A stretch of 64,000 nucleotides of DNA from Chondromyces sp. (lineage in GTDB: Bacteria > Acidobacteriota > Thermoanaerobaculia > Thermoanaerobaculales > Sulfomarinibacteraceae). The DNA lies in NCBI GenBank assembly GCA_035466375.1, contig DATIVB010000056.1, positions 10,075 to 74,074 of the forward strand, in the 5' to 3' direction. The translations under genes and the position numbers were made by a program. Each line of letters opens with the position of its first letter. Within the stretch, counting starts at the first letter, position 1. This document shows positions 35,758-46,735 of this stretch, piece after piece. The notes beneath the pieces were generated by a model, which searched no databases, was not told the origin of the DNA, and was given only the letters and a program-made list of their open reading frames with translations.

Positions 35758-36837
35758 TCAGCTGCGACGGGTGCTGAGGAGGCGGGCGGCCATCTGCCGC
35801 GTCACGGGATTGATGTTGCGGTCCCGCGACACCCGCACCTTGTCGCGCTGCGACAACCGCGGCAGGATCTTGGTGGCCGTATAGACCGGCGTCTTGGGAT
35901 TGAGGGCGAGCGCGATGATCACCGGGTAGAAGCGCGTCCAGCGGCGGTTGTCGGCGATCTGGATGATGACCTCCTCGGCGACGCTGCGCGACGAGGCGAA
36001 GCGTTCGATCTCGAGGTCCGTGAGCTTCGGGCTCGCCAGCACCGAGCGCTGCACGAGCCGGTTGCGGCTGTTGATGAGGATCGCCCGTTCCTCCTTGCTT
36101 CCGCGCAGGGCCCGGCCGATCCGCTCGTGGACGCTCATCCGGAGCAGGCGGGCGTGGGCGTCCTGGTGGGCGGAGTGCTTGATGGCCTCGGCCAGGGAGG
36201 GGTCGTCGGCCTCCGGGTACGGCATCGAGTCCTCTTTCGGGATGTGGGCGCCGATCGAGTGCAGCGCCTCGATGGCTTCCTCGATACTCTGACGCGAGGC
36301 CTCGAGAGCCTCCTCCTGCTCGGCGAGGACCTTCTGGATGAACTCCTCCTCGAACTCGCGCACCCGCCGCAGGACGACCTGGTTGACCTGCTTGTTGGCT
36401 CGCAGATCATCGAGGATCTCGAGGCAGTTGAGGAGCCGCACCTGGTTGGTGATGATGATGTCCTGAACCAGGGGGTTGGCGTTGCGCGCCAACACCCGCA
36501 GGGTCTCGTCGGAGACGTTCGGATGGCTCGCGACTGCGCTCCAGATCGCCTCGCCGTCCCGCACGCGGATCAGGAGATCGAGGACCAGCGAGCTCGGCGG
36601 ACTGTGGCGCAGCCACGCCAGAAGAGTCTCCTCGTCCTCGCCCCGGATCGAGTTCGCGGCGATCTCGGCGAGCTCCTCGTCGGGGTCCGCAGAGAGGATC
36701 ACCTGCAGGCTGAGCAGGTCCTCCCGCGCCACCGGCAGCAGGCCCTGGGCCGCGAACAGCCGCACCTGCCGCGGCACCTCGCCCTTCACGATACCGCGGA
36801 TCAGGCTCTCGGCCGAGGTCGCCCTGGCGTCACTCAC
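35758..36837 (-). CDS. Hypothetical alpha-solenoid repeat protein (LRV/HEAT-like repeats)
   Basis: 359 aa. It has recurrent ..NP.TP.. / ..SP.L.. helix-repeat units (LASPKLTDLEIERFA, LALNPKTPVYTATKIL). No enzymatic motif was recognised. Confidence 0.6.
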   Translation of the reverse strand: MSDARATSAESLIRGIVKGEVPRQVRLFAAQGLLPVAREDLLSLQVILSADPDEELAEIAANSIRGEDEETLLAWLRHSPPSSLVLDLLIRVRDGEAIWSAVASHPNVSDETLRVLARNANPLVQDIIITNQVRLLNCLEILDDLRANKQVNQVVLRRVREFEEEFIQKVLAEQEEALEASRQSIEEAIEALHSIGAHIPKEDSMPYPEADDPSLAEAIKHSAHQDAHARLLRMSVHERIGRALRGSKEERAILINSRNRLVQRSVLASPKLTDLEIERFASSRSVAEEVIIQIADNRRWTRFYPVIIALALNPKTPVYTATKILPRLSQRDKVRVSRDRNINPVTRQMAARLLSTRRS

Positions 36838-37654
36838 TGCGAGCCCTCGGGCCCAGGATCTCGAGGCCGTCCGAGCTCACCTCGGTGTGGACGACCTGCC
36901 CGGGCCGTCCGAGCTCGGCGTAGACCTTGCCGCCGACCTCGACGCTCGCCGCCCCGGCATCACCGACCGTGAGCTTGATCGGGCCGGCGAGCTCGATTTT
37001 CTCCACCGTCCCTCCGCCCAGCAATCGCCCGCCGGCCGCTCCGTTGTGGTCCCGGTAATGGATCCAGCACTCGGTCCCGGGCCGGACCCTGATCACGAGC
37101 GAGACGACATCGGGCTCGTCGGCGATCCTCGATGCGGAAGCAACGGGCGACGCCGTCGGCCGGGACTCGGCGAGCGAAGCCGGCGCGGTCCTCAGGCCGG
37201 CGCGGTCGACCGGCACCACGACCCGCTGGCCGGCATCGAGCTCACTCTGGAGGACCGAGCTCCGCCAGATCACCGCCACCGCGACGATGGCGATGGCGGC
37301 CGCCGCAAAGACCGGGCCCCAGAAGCGCCAGCGGATCGTGCGCACCAACGGAACCTCGTCGACGACCAGGCTCGGGTAGGATCCGGAGGCGAGCTGGAAG
37401 CGCTCCCAGGCGGCCTCGAAGGCGTCGACGAGACTGGAAGGGTTCGCCCCGACGATGCTCGCGTACTGCGCGACGAAGTTACGGCAGAAGATCTTCTGGG
37501 GCAGGAACTGAAAGTCCCCGTTCTCGAGGTTGCTCAGGATCTGGCGCGAGATCTTGGTCTCCGCCGCGATGTCGTCGACGCTCAGCCCCGCGCTCTCGCG
37601 CAGACGCTGCATCTCCTCACCGAAGGTCTTCGGGTGGTTGGGCGGCCCCTCCAT
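36830..37654 (-). CDS. RodZ-like HTH (XRE-type) membrane protein with a DUF4115-like C-terminal domain
   Basis: Starts at MEGPPNHP. The HTH is LRESAGLSVDDIAAETKISRQILSNLENGDF..KIFCRNFVAQYA. A single TM (FWGPVFAAAAIAIVAVAVIW) is followed by a beta-rich C-terminus. Confidence 0.75.
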   Translation of the reverse strand: MEGPPNHPKTFGEEMQRLRESAGLSVDDIAAETKISRQILSNLENGDFQFLPQKIFCRNFVAQYASIVGANPSSLVDAFEAAWERFQLASGSYPSLVVDEVPLVRTIRWRFWGPVFAAAAIAIVAVAVIWRSSVLQSELDAGQRVVVPVDRAGLRTAPASLAESRPTASPVASASRIADEPDVVSLVIRVRPGTECWIHYRDHNGAAGGRLLGGGTVEKIELAGPIKLTVGDAGAASVEVGGKVYAELGRPGQVVHTEVSSDGLEILGPRARSE

Positions 37655-38393
37655 CGCCGTGATCACCTTCGGAGTGTACCACCCCGCGAAGACCGCGTGC
37701 CTCGCGCTCGAGCAGCGACTCCGCGGCACTTCGGACGTCGTCTTTGAGGTCGCGCCGGTCGAGCATCGAGCGCAGCTCGCCCGGGGTCAGCAGGACGAGG
37801 AGGCTGAGGGCCAGGGGAAGCGGGGTGTGCGGCGATCCGGCGAGTGCCCGGCGCACATCGCGGTACTGCCCCCAGCGCGGATGGCGCGCGAGCTCCTGGA
37901 GAAACTCGGCGGGGGCCTCGGCGGTGTTGACGACCACCAGGATGTCGTTTTCGACGAGGCGGGGGTTGTTGAGCAGCGCGATCAGGATCTGCGGGTCGTC
38001 GGTCGTGGTCAGGGCGCGGAACAGCGCGCGGTGGGCGCGCCGCGCGAGCGCGATCTTCTCGCCCAGCGCCATCGACGGCAGGTGCAGCAGCAGCTTGCGC
38101 TCGGCCTGGCGCCGGATCACGGGAGGGGTCCTCGGGGTCTGCGACAGCGCGAGCAGCGAGTTCCAGGGAAGGGTCGCGAGGAGGTCGACGGCCCGGGCGA
38201 AGTTGAGGCCCGGGAAGCCGGCCAGGAGCTCGCGCACACCGTGCAGGCCGAGGAGGCCCCGGTCGGACGCGATCAGCTCGGCGATCTGCGGCGTGCAGTA
38301 GGGGCTCCTCAGGACCCGCATCGCCTCGAGGTCGTCGAGCCTTCCGCTGCGAACGAGCTCGAGAAGCTCGTGCGAGTCGAGATCTGCGATCAT
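37617..38393 (-). CDS. Hypothetical alpha-solenoid repeat protein (LRV/HEAT-like), second copy flanking the RodZ-like gene
   Basis: ATG at 38393 (MIADLDSHELLEL). Repeats include LLNNPRLVENDILVVV and LAGSPHTPLPLALSLL. It uses the same repeat grammar as 35758-36837. Confidence 0.6.
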   Translation of the reverse strand: MIADLDSHELLELVRSGRLDDLEAMRVLRSPYCTPQIAELIASDRGLLGLHGVRELLAGFPGLNFARAVDLLATLPWNSLLALSQTPRTPPVIRRQAERKLLLHLPSMALGEKIALARRAHRALFRALTTTDDPQILIALLNNPRLVENDILVVVNTAEAPAEFLQELARHPRWGQYRDVRRALAGSPHTPLPLALSLLVLLTPGELRSMLDRRDLKDDVRSAAESLLEREARGLRGVVHSEGDHGDGGAAQPPEDLR

Positions 38394-38490
38394 CGGGTCT
38401 CCCACCCCATGGTACCTGCCGACCGCCGTCGGCCGACCTCGAACGCCTTCTTTCAACAGATTTTTGACAATCGGCGCCGCAGCTCGGACG

Positions 38491-39504
38491 TCAGTCGTCC
38501 GCCGGATTCAGTGGAGACAGGATCGCCCGCAACCGCTGTCGCAGCCGCACCACCTCGAGCGAGGCGATGGCTGCTTCGTTGCGCGGCAGATGGCGCAGGG
38601 CCTGCTTGCGGAAGGCGACCCGGGTCAGCAGGCGGGCGATCACCGTCCGCTCGGCACGGTTGGGCCACCAGTCGCCGCGCACCCGACGCCGGTAGTACGG
38701 AATGACGTCCACGACCCAGGGCGGCGCGAGCTGCAGCGCCACTTCCTCCGCGAGCTGCCGCTTGAGGATGCGCTGCTCCGAATGCAGAAATGCGGCCAGG
38801 ACCACCAGGTAGCCGCCGTAGACGATCGGCACCACGAGCAGCCAGCCGCGCAGCCTGCCGAGGTCGGAGAACGGCCCGACCAGGACCAGGGCCGCGTTCC
38901 ACGCCCCGTGCAGCACTACGGCGGCGACCAGCCCGGCCGCCGCCCACGCCACGCGGACGCTGCGCCGGCGCGAGAGCAACGCGTAGCCGAGAAAGCCGCC
39001 GAAGGTCGCGCTGCTGACCGCGTGCACGCCGGCCGAGAACAGGGTCCTTCCCACCGACAATGCCAGCACGCCCTGCCCGTCGAACGGCAGAGTGGCGCCG
39101 AGACCTATTCCGTAGAGCGAGTTCTCGGCCACCGCGAAACCGAGGCCCGCCGCGGTGCCGTAGACCATGCCGTCGGTCGGGTTGTCGAAGTTCCGCGTCA
39201 GCAGCACGACCAGGACGACGCCGAGCGCCTTGGCGACCTCCTCGACCAGGGGACCCGCGATCCCGACGCCCGCCAACGACTGCGAGGCGATCCCGATCCC
39301 GTGCATCACCGGCTCGACCGCTTTGAAGAAGAGAATGGTCGCGGTGGGCGCGACGGCCGCGCCCCACAGGAAGACGGCCGCCACCATGTGCAGCGGCTCG
39401 CGGTCGTAGCGGTCCACGAACCAGACGACCAGCACCACCAGGAGAAGAAACGCGGCAGAGACCACCAGCGACGAGAGCAGCACGAGGACGCTGCCGACGC
39501 TCAC
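38491..39504 (-). CDS. PrsW-family intramembrane metalloprotease
   Basis: It is multi-TM, with GPLVEEVAKALGVV (EExxK), FAVAENSLY, and the HAVSSATFG / HGAWNA His motifs typical of PrsW. Confidence 0.75.
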   Translation of the reverse strand: MSVGSVLVLLSSLVVSAAFLLLVVLVVWFVDRYDREPLHMVAAVFLWGAAVAPTATILFFKAVEPVMHGIGIASQSLAGVGIAGPLVEEVAKALGVVLVVLLTRNFDNPTDGMVYGTAAGLGFAVAENSLYGIGLGATLPFDGQGVLALSVGRTLFSAGVHAVSSATFGGFLGYALLSRRRSVRVAWAAAGLVAAVVLHGAWNAALVLVGPFSDLGRLRGWLLVVPIVYGGYLVVLAAFLHSEQRILKRQLAEEVALQLAPPWVVDVIPYYRRRVRGDWWPNRAERTVIARLLTRVAFRKQALRHLPRNEAAIASLEVVRLRQRLRAILSPLNPADD

Positions 39505-40466
39505 GGCAGGACCAGCTTCAGGTGGTCGACCGGTTGCCCCGCGAAGTACCGACGTGCGTCCTCGGCGTCGCGACGGATCTGCGCCATCAACTGGGCGGTG
39601 GATGCGAAGGTTCGCTCCTCCCGCAGCCGCTCGAGGAAGAACAGTCGCACCCGCTCGCGATACACGTCGGCGGTGAAGTCCAGCAGGTGACTCTCGATGG
39701 TCGTCAACGAGTTCTGGTACACGGTTGGCCGCACGCCGATGTTGGTGACCGCCGGGAAGGTGCGGGCGAAGGAGGGGATGTGGACGGCGGTGACGTAGAC
39801 GCCGTGTCCGGGTTCGATCTCGTTCTCGACCTCGATGTTGAGGGTCGGGAAGCCCAGCTTGCGGCCGAGGCGCTTGCCCTCGAGCACGTGGCCGTCGATG
39901 AAGTGTGACCTTCCGAGCAGCTCGGCGACCTCCTCGACCCGCCCCGCGGATACCGCCTCGCGGACCCGGGTCGACGACACCACTCCACCGGCGGCCTCGA
40001 CGATCGGCGAGGACTCGGCGCGAAAGCCGAGCTCGGCGCCCATCTCGCGCAGGAGCGCGACGTCGCCGCCGCGGTCCGCGCCGAAGCGGAAGTTCTTGCC
40101 GATGTAGATCTCCTCCACCGCCAGCAACGCCACGAGCACCTCGCGGACGAACTCGGCGGCGGTCATGCGAGCGAGCCGGTGGGTGAATGGGGTCACCAGC
40201 GTCGTGTCGATCCCGGTGCGGGCGACGAGATCGAGGCGCTGGTCGAGCGTCGTCAGCAGACGCGGGGCCTCGTTCGGCCGCAGCAGCTTCACCGGGTGGG
40301 GGTCGAAGGTCATGGCAACGGCCGCCGTCTGCTGCTCTCGCGCCCTGCCCACCACGTGCCTCAGCACCGCCTGGTGCCCGAGGTGCACGCCGTCGAAGTT
40401 GCCGATGCTCATCACCGCTCCGCGCGGAGGATCATCGTCGCCGAGCGGGTCGCGGAGGATCAGCAT
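39501..40466 (-). CDS. ribF: Bifunctional riboflavin kinase / FMN adenylyltransferase
   Basis: Motifs are MSIGNFDGVHLGHQAV, a FAD synthetase N-domain, and a C-terminal riboflavin kinase (GFPTLNIEV, HLLDF). Confidence 0.93.
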   Translation of the reverse strand: MLILRDPLGDDDPPRGAVMSIGNFDGVHLGHQAVLRHVVGRAREQQTAAVAMTFDPHPVKLLRPNEAPRLLTTLDQRLDLVARTGIDTTLVTPFTHRLARMTAAEFVREVLVALLAVEEIYIGKNFRFGADRGGDVALLREMGAELGFRAESSPIVEAAGGVVSSTRVREAVSAGRVEEVAELLGRSHFIDGHVLEGKRLGRKLGFPTLNIEVENEIEPGHGVYVTAVHIPSFARTFPAVTNIGVRPTVYQNSLTTIESHLLDFTADVYRERVRLFFLERLREERTFASTAQLMAQIRRDAEDARRYFAGQPVDHLKLVLP

Positions 40467-40476
40467 CGCCGCGCCT

Positions 40477-41892
40477 CTACCCCATCACCGGCAGCCGGAC
40501 GGCGGGTCGCGTGCCGGCACGGAGGACCCGGACGATGCCCCCGACGAGGTCGTAGGGATGGGCGTCGGTGAGCTCGACCTCCACCAGCGATCCTGCCGGC
40601 GCCGTGCCGTCGTTGATCAGCAGGCGGCCGTCGATTTCGGGAGCCTGCCGGCGCAGTCTGCCTTCAAGGAGCAGCTCCATCTCCGGCAGGGGCCCTGCGA
40701 CCAGGGCCTCCAGGGTCGACCCGATCAGGCCACGGTTCCTCTCGAGGGCGATGGCCTGCTGCGTCTCGAGCAGGATCTCCCGCCGGCGGACCTTGTCCTC
40801 CGCGGCGACGGGGTCGCCGAGCGATGCTCCGGGGTTCTCCTCCTGCCAGGAGTAGCTGAAGGCCCCGAGGTGGTCGAAGCGGATCTCGCGCACGAAATCG
40901 AGCAGCTCCTCGAACTCGGCCTCGCCTTCGCCCGGGAAGCCGACGATGAACGTGGTCCGGACCGCGAGCTCGGGGACGATCGAACGCGCGCGTTCGATCA
41001 GCGCGCGGTAGCTTCGCGCGTCGCCTCCCCTCTTCATGGCCTTGAGGACGCGGCGGCTGGCGTGCTGCAGCGGAATGTCGAGGTAGGGTACGAACCGCGG
41101 CTCGGCGGCCATGAGCTCGAAGAGCCCCTCGTCCAGCGTCGCGGGGTAGGCGTAGAGGAAACGCAGCCAAGGCACCGAGGTCCCGGCGATCAGGGCCTCG
41201 ACGAGCGTGCGCAACCCGGTCTCGAGACCGAGGTCCTCGCCGTAGCGGGTGGTGTCCTGGGCCACCAGGACCAACTCCTGCACGCCCTGCTCCTCGAGCG
41301 ACTGCGCTTCGCGGACCAGGTCGTCGATCGCACGCGAGCGGAACGACCCACGCATCGCCGGGATGTGGCAGAAGGTACAGGGGTTGTTGCAGCCCTCGGC
41401 GACCTTGAGGTAGGCGTAGCTGCCGGTCGACACCACGCGCGGGCTGCTGTGGTCGTAGACCCTGACCGCTCCCCGCTGGTCGGGGAGATGGGCTCCGAGC
41501 TCGCCCCGGACCGCTTCTGCGATGCGTTCGAGCTCGTCGAGGCCGATGAAGGCGTCGATCTCCGGGATCTCGCGCTGCAGCTCGGAAGCGTAGGCCTGCG
41601 CCATGCAGCCCGCGACCACCAGCCGCCGCACCCGCCCCTCCTCCTTGGCCCGCACGATCTCGAGGATCGCGTCGATCGACTCGCGCTTGGCCTCGTCGAT
41701 GAAGCCGCACGTGTTGACCACCACGACGTCCGCTTCGCCCGCGTCCGCGGTCAACTCGAGCTGCGCCCGCTGGAGATGCCCCAGCATCAGCTCGCCGTCG
41801 ACCAGGTTCTTGGCGCAGCCGAGGCTGATCATGCCGACCCGGAGTCGCGGCAATGGCGGCTGCTGAGCGGTCTTTCGATCGTCCTCGGTCAC
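40477..41892 (-). CDS. rimO: Ribosomal protein S12 methylthiotransferase RimO
   Basis: Motifs are MISLGCAKNLVDGE, radical-SAM CNNPCTFCHIPAMRG and a C-terminal TRAM domain. Confidence 0.93.
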   Translation of the reverse strand: MTEDDRKTAQQPPLPRLRVGMISLGCAKNLVDGELMLGHLQRAQLELTADAGEADVVVVNTCGFIDEAKRESIDAILEIVRAKEEGRVRRLVVAGCMAQAYASELQREIPEIDAFIGLDELERIAEAVRGELGAHLPDQRGAVRVYDHSSPRVVSTGSYAYLKVAEGCNNPCTFCHIPAMRGSFRSRAIDDLVREAQSLEEQGVQELVLVAQDTTRYGEDLGLETGLRTLVEALIAGTSVPWLRFLYAYPATLDEGLFELMAAEPRFVPYLDIPLQHASRRVLKAMKRGGDARSYRALIERARSIVPELAVRTTFIVGFPGEGEAEFEELLDFVREIRFDHLGAFSYSWQEENPGASLGDPVAAEDKVRRREILLETQQAIALERNRGLIGSTLEALVAGPLPEMELLLEGRLRRQAPEIDGRLLINDGTAPAGSLVEVELTDAHPYDLVGGIVRVLRAGTRPAVRLPVMG

Positions 41893-41967
41893 GGTGCCTC
41901 CTCCAGACGGAGGATTCTAACCCAACCGCCGATCCCGCCGCGCCGCATGCCGGGCGCGGCCATCAGA

Positions 41968-43152
41968 TCATCCGGCTCCGGCGTCGGCGAGATGCTCGGC
42001 GACCGCCTCGGCGGCGGTGCGCGACGCACCCTGCCCGCCGAGGCGCCGCCGCACCGTGGCGAGGCCCCGCCTCTGCTCGGCGCCCGCACCGCGCAGCAGC
42101 TGCTCCGACTCCCGCGCGAGCACGCCGGGATTCCACGCACTCTGCAGGAGCTCCGGCACCACGGCCTCTTCGGCGATGAGGTTCACCAGGGCCACGTGCG
42201 GTACCCGGACCAGGAGCTTGGCGAGCGCGAAGGAGAATGCGCGCAGCCGGTAGCCCACGATCATCGGCACGTCGAGCAGGGCGCACTCCAGGGTCGCGGT
42301 CCCGGAAGCCGTCCACGCCAGGGACGCTCGCGCCAGCTCGTGCCGGCGCCCGTCGCCCCGCACCCTGCGCACGCGGCCGTCGGCCGGGCAGTCCGCGAGC
42401 ACCTTGTCGGTGAGCTCCCCGACGCCCGGCGCCTCGACCAGGATCGCCTCCTGAACCAGCTCCGCGGGAAGCGCCCGCAGCGTGTCGATCATCACGGGCA
42501 GGAGCTGGCGGATCTCCATCGCCCGGGAGCCCGGCAGCAGCGCGAGCCGGCCCGGCTCCGGGTTCAGTCCGTGGTCGAGGAGCCCGACCCGCGCGATCTC
42601 GTCCACCAGCGGATGGCCCACGTAGCGCGCCCGCACGCCGTGGGCGGCATAGAACGGCACCTCGAACGGCAGCAGGCACAGGACCTCGCGCGCGAGCCGA
42701 GCCACCGCCCGCACCCTCCCGCGCCGCCAGGCCCACAGCTGGGGCGACACGTAGAGCACCACCGGGACGCCGATGGCTCCAAGCCGTGCCGCGAGCCGCA
42801 GGTTGAAGTCGGGCGAGTCGACGAGCACGGCGAGCGCCGGGCCTCTGCGCCGCGCCTCGGCCACGAGCCTGCCCATCAGGCGGCGGATTCGCGGCAGCTC
42901 GCGCAACACCTCGACCAGTCCCATGTGCGACAGCTCGTCGCTCGTCGCGACGGCCTCGAGCCCGGAGTCGACCAGCCGCTCCCCTCCGACGCCGAAGGCG
43001 TGGACGTCCGGCGCGAGCGCGCGCAGCTCGCGCAGCAGGTTGCCGGCGTGGGTGTCGCCCGAGACCTCCCCCGCCACGATCAGCAGCTCAGCTCGAGCCA
43101 CGGTCCACCCCGAGGCCACGGGCCGGGACCAGGATCGCGAGGGATCGCCCAC
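41968..43152 (-). CDS. lpxB: Lipid-A-disaccharide synthase
   Basis: LLIVAGEVSGDTHAGNLLRELR and YVSPQLWAWR match the LpxB pattern. The true start may be the GTG at 43101. Confidence 0.88.
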   Translation of the reverse strand: MGDPSRSWSRPVASGWTVARAELLIVAGEVSGDTHAGNLLRELRALAPDVHAFGVGGERLVDSGLEAVATSDELSHMGLVEVLRELPRIRRLMGRLVAEARRRGPALAVLVDSPDFNLRLAARLGAIGVPVVLYVSPQLWAWRRGRVRAVARLAREVLCLLPFEVPFYAAHGVRARYVGHPLVDEIARVGLLDHGLNPEPGRLALLPGSRAMEIRQLLPVMIDTLRALPAELVQEAILVEAPGVGELTDKVLADCPADGRVRRVRGDGRRHELARASLAWTASGTATLECALLDVPMIVGYRLRAFSFALAKLLVRVPHVALVNLIAEEAVVPELLQSAWNPGVLARESEQLLRGAGAEQRRGLATVRRRLGGQGASRTAAEAVAEHLADAGAG

Positions 43153-43183
43153 CCCGGGACACGAACGGCCTCATCGTCGCCCG

Positions 43184-43351
43184 TCAGGGAAAGGGGTACA
43201 TCAGCCAGCCGAGCACGGTGCTGCCGACGACCATGATGAGGAAGGTCTTGAGGAAGAGATTTCGACGCCCGCGCCCCGAGGAGCGCCACAGAAAGGCGAA
43301 GAACACCGAGACCAGAAGGGCGTGCCAGAACATCAGCAGCAGGTGGTCCAT
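43184..43351 (-). CDS. Small hydrophobic protein, 55 aa (below the ORF-track cutoff)
   Basis: Manual translation gives MDHLLLMFWHALLVSVFFAFLWRSSGRGRRNLFLKTFLIMVVGSTVLGWLMYPFP, which contains two predicted TM helices. Its ATG shares one nt with the upstream TGA (TGATG), suggesting translational coupling. Confidence 0.45.
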   Translation of the reverse strand: MDHLLLMFWHALLVSVFFAFLWRSSGRGRRNLFLKTFLIMVVGSTVLGWLMYPFP

Positions 43352-43815
43352 CACGCCTTCTCCCCGCGTGCGATGTCCGAGACATCGAGCACCAGGAGCA
43401 GGTTCATCAGACCGCCGGTGTAGAAAAACGTATTGCCGTAGGCGAAGCCCCCCGATGTCGCGTCGCCGCCGCCGGCGAGCCCGAAGGGCAGGGCGCTGAT
43501 CAAATCACCGAGGCCGTTGAGCCACGCGATCCGGGCAACGTACAGGAGACCGTTGCCGAAGCACGCGAAGGTCGCCAGCCACGAGAACGGCTGGTGCGGC
43601 TTCGGAGTTCCGAGCTCTCCTTCAAGGAGCACCCCGGTGCAGAACGCGCTGACCACGATGACGGCGAACACGATCGCCCGGAGGCGCTTCCCGAGGATCC
43701 AGTGCCCGAGCCCGGGCACCGCCCACGACGCCGCCAGCAGCCACGCGGCGGCTCGCGTTCCCGAGCCCTCGGCTCGCACCGAGATCCCCTCGTCGGTCGA
43801 TTCAGCGCCCTTCAC
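43351..43815 (-). CDS. Hypothetical membrane protein
   Basis: The GTG start at 43815 forms a GTGA overlap with the HIT gene stop. Hydrophobic segments include AAWLLAASWAVPGLGHWILGKR, AIVFAVIVVSAFCTGVLL and YTGGLMNLLLVL. Confidence 0.6.
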   Translation of the reverse strand: MKGAESTDEGISVRAEGSGTRAAAWLLAASWAVPGLGHWILGKRLRAIVFAVIVVSAFCTGVLLEGELGTPKPHQPFSWLATFACFGNGLLYVARIAWLNGLGDLISALPFGLAGGGDATSGGFAYGNTFFYTGGLMNLLLVLDVSDIARGEKA

Positions 43816-44327
43816 CGGCTCACCTCCCGCATTCTGCGGAGCGCTTCCCGCAGCCGCTCGTGGGTCACGGCGAGGTCTTCGGGGATCACCCGCGTGCCGC
43901 CGATCACGGTCATCATGTTGGCGTCGCCGCGCCACCTCGGAACCACGTGCAGGTGGAGGTGCTCCTCGATGCCGGCACCGGCTGCTTCGCCGAGATTGAA
44001 CCCGACGTTGAAGCCGTGCGGGTGGTAGAGCTCGCGTAGCGCGGCCGTGAGGTCCCTGGCCACGGACATGATCTCCGTCAGGGCCTCGACCGACACGTCG
44101 GTGAGCGCTTCACAGTGCTTAATCGGAGCGACCATCGCGTGCCCGGTCGTGTACGGATAGAGGTTGAGAAGGGCGAATGAGTGGCGGCCGCGGTACAGGG
44201 TGAGCGTCGCCCGGTCGTCGGAGGACCCGAAGGCCTCGCAGAAGACGCACTTACTCCGGTCGCGGCGGTCGGCCGAGGACACGTAGGCGAGCCGCCACGG
44301 GGCGTAGAGAATGGCCGCCACCTTCAC
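43812..44327 (-). CDS. HIT (histidine triad) family nucleotide hydrolase/transferase
   Basis: Motifs are CVFCEAF, YPYTTGHAMVAP and the histidine triad EEHLHLHVVPRW. Confidence 0.85.
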   Translation of the reverse strand: MKVAAILYAPWRLAYVSSADRRDRSKCVFCEAFGSSDDRATLTLYRGRHSFALLNLYPYTTGHAMVAPIKHCEALTDVSVEALTEIMSVARDLTAALRELYHPHGFNVGFNLGEAAGAGIEEHLHLHVVPRWRGDANMMTVIGGTRVIPEDLAVTHERLREALRRMREVSR

Positions 44328-44612
44328 TCACTGCTGCAGCAGCTCTTCTCTGAGGTGTTTGCCGGGCTTGAAGTAGGGGATTTTCTTGGGCGGCACGTGC
44401 ACCTGGTCACCGGTCTTGGGGTTGCGTCCCGTGCGCTCGCCGCGCTGCCGGATGCGGAAGGACCCGAAGCCGCGCAGCTCGACCTTCTCATTGTTGCGAA
44501 GCGCGGAGATGATGCTCTCCAAAATCACCTGAACGACTTCGTCTGCCTGCTTGCGCGGGACATCCACGGCGTCTGCGACGGTCTCCACCAGGTCCGCCTT
44601 GGTCATGGTCAT
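44328..44612 (-). CDS. ihfB: Integration host factor beta-like protein (HU/IHF family)
   Basis: MTMTKADLVETVA...VELRGFGSFRIRQRGERTGRNPKTGDQVHVPPKKIPYFKPGKHLRE matches the HU/IHF pattern. An AAGGAG SD lies 8 nt before the ATG at 44612. The gene sits in the conserved cmk-rpsA-ihfB order. Confidence 0.85.
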   Translation of the reverse strand: MTMTKADLVETVADAVDVPRKQADEVVQVILESIISALRNNEKVELRGFGSFRIRQRGERTGRNPKTGDQVHVPPKKIPYFKPGKHLREELLQQ

Positions 44613-44651
44613 CGGTGGTGCTCCTTGGTCCCCTGCTGTCTCGTGTTCCAC

Positions 44652-46649
<1,998 letters not shown>

Positions 46650-46706
46650 GACTCATCCTCCTCGCTAGATACACCCCATTGTGAACCTAGCCTCCGTAAT
46701 TCCATG

Positions 46707-46735
46707 ACCTTAGGGGTTCTCATGTAGACTGTCAA
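46707..46735 (-). promoter_or_regulatory. Sigma-70-type promoter TTGACA-N17-TAAGGT upstream of rpsA
   Basis: The minus strand has a consensus -35 TTGACA (46730-46735, overlapping the cmk stop), a 17-nt spacer, then TAAGGT (46707-46712). Confidence 0.5.

Noticed and set aside
40165-43236. 1023-aa plus-strand ORF antisense to ribF/rimO/lpxB
   Set aside because: It is a GC-driven shadow ORF. The opposite strand carries three well-supported enzymes, and the translation is dominated by Arg/Gly/Pro/Asp runs.
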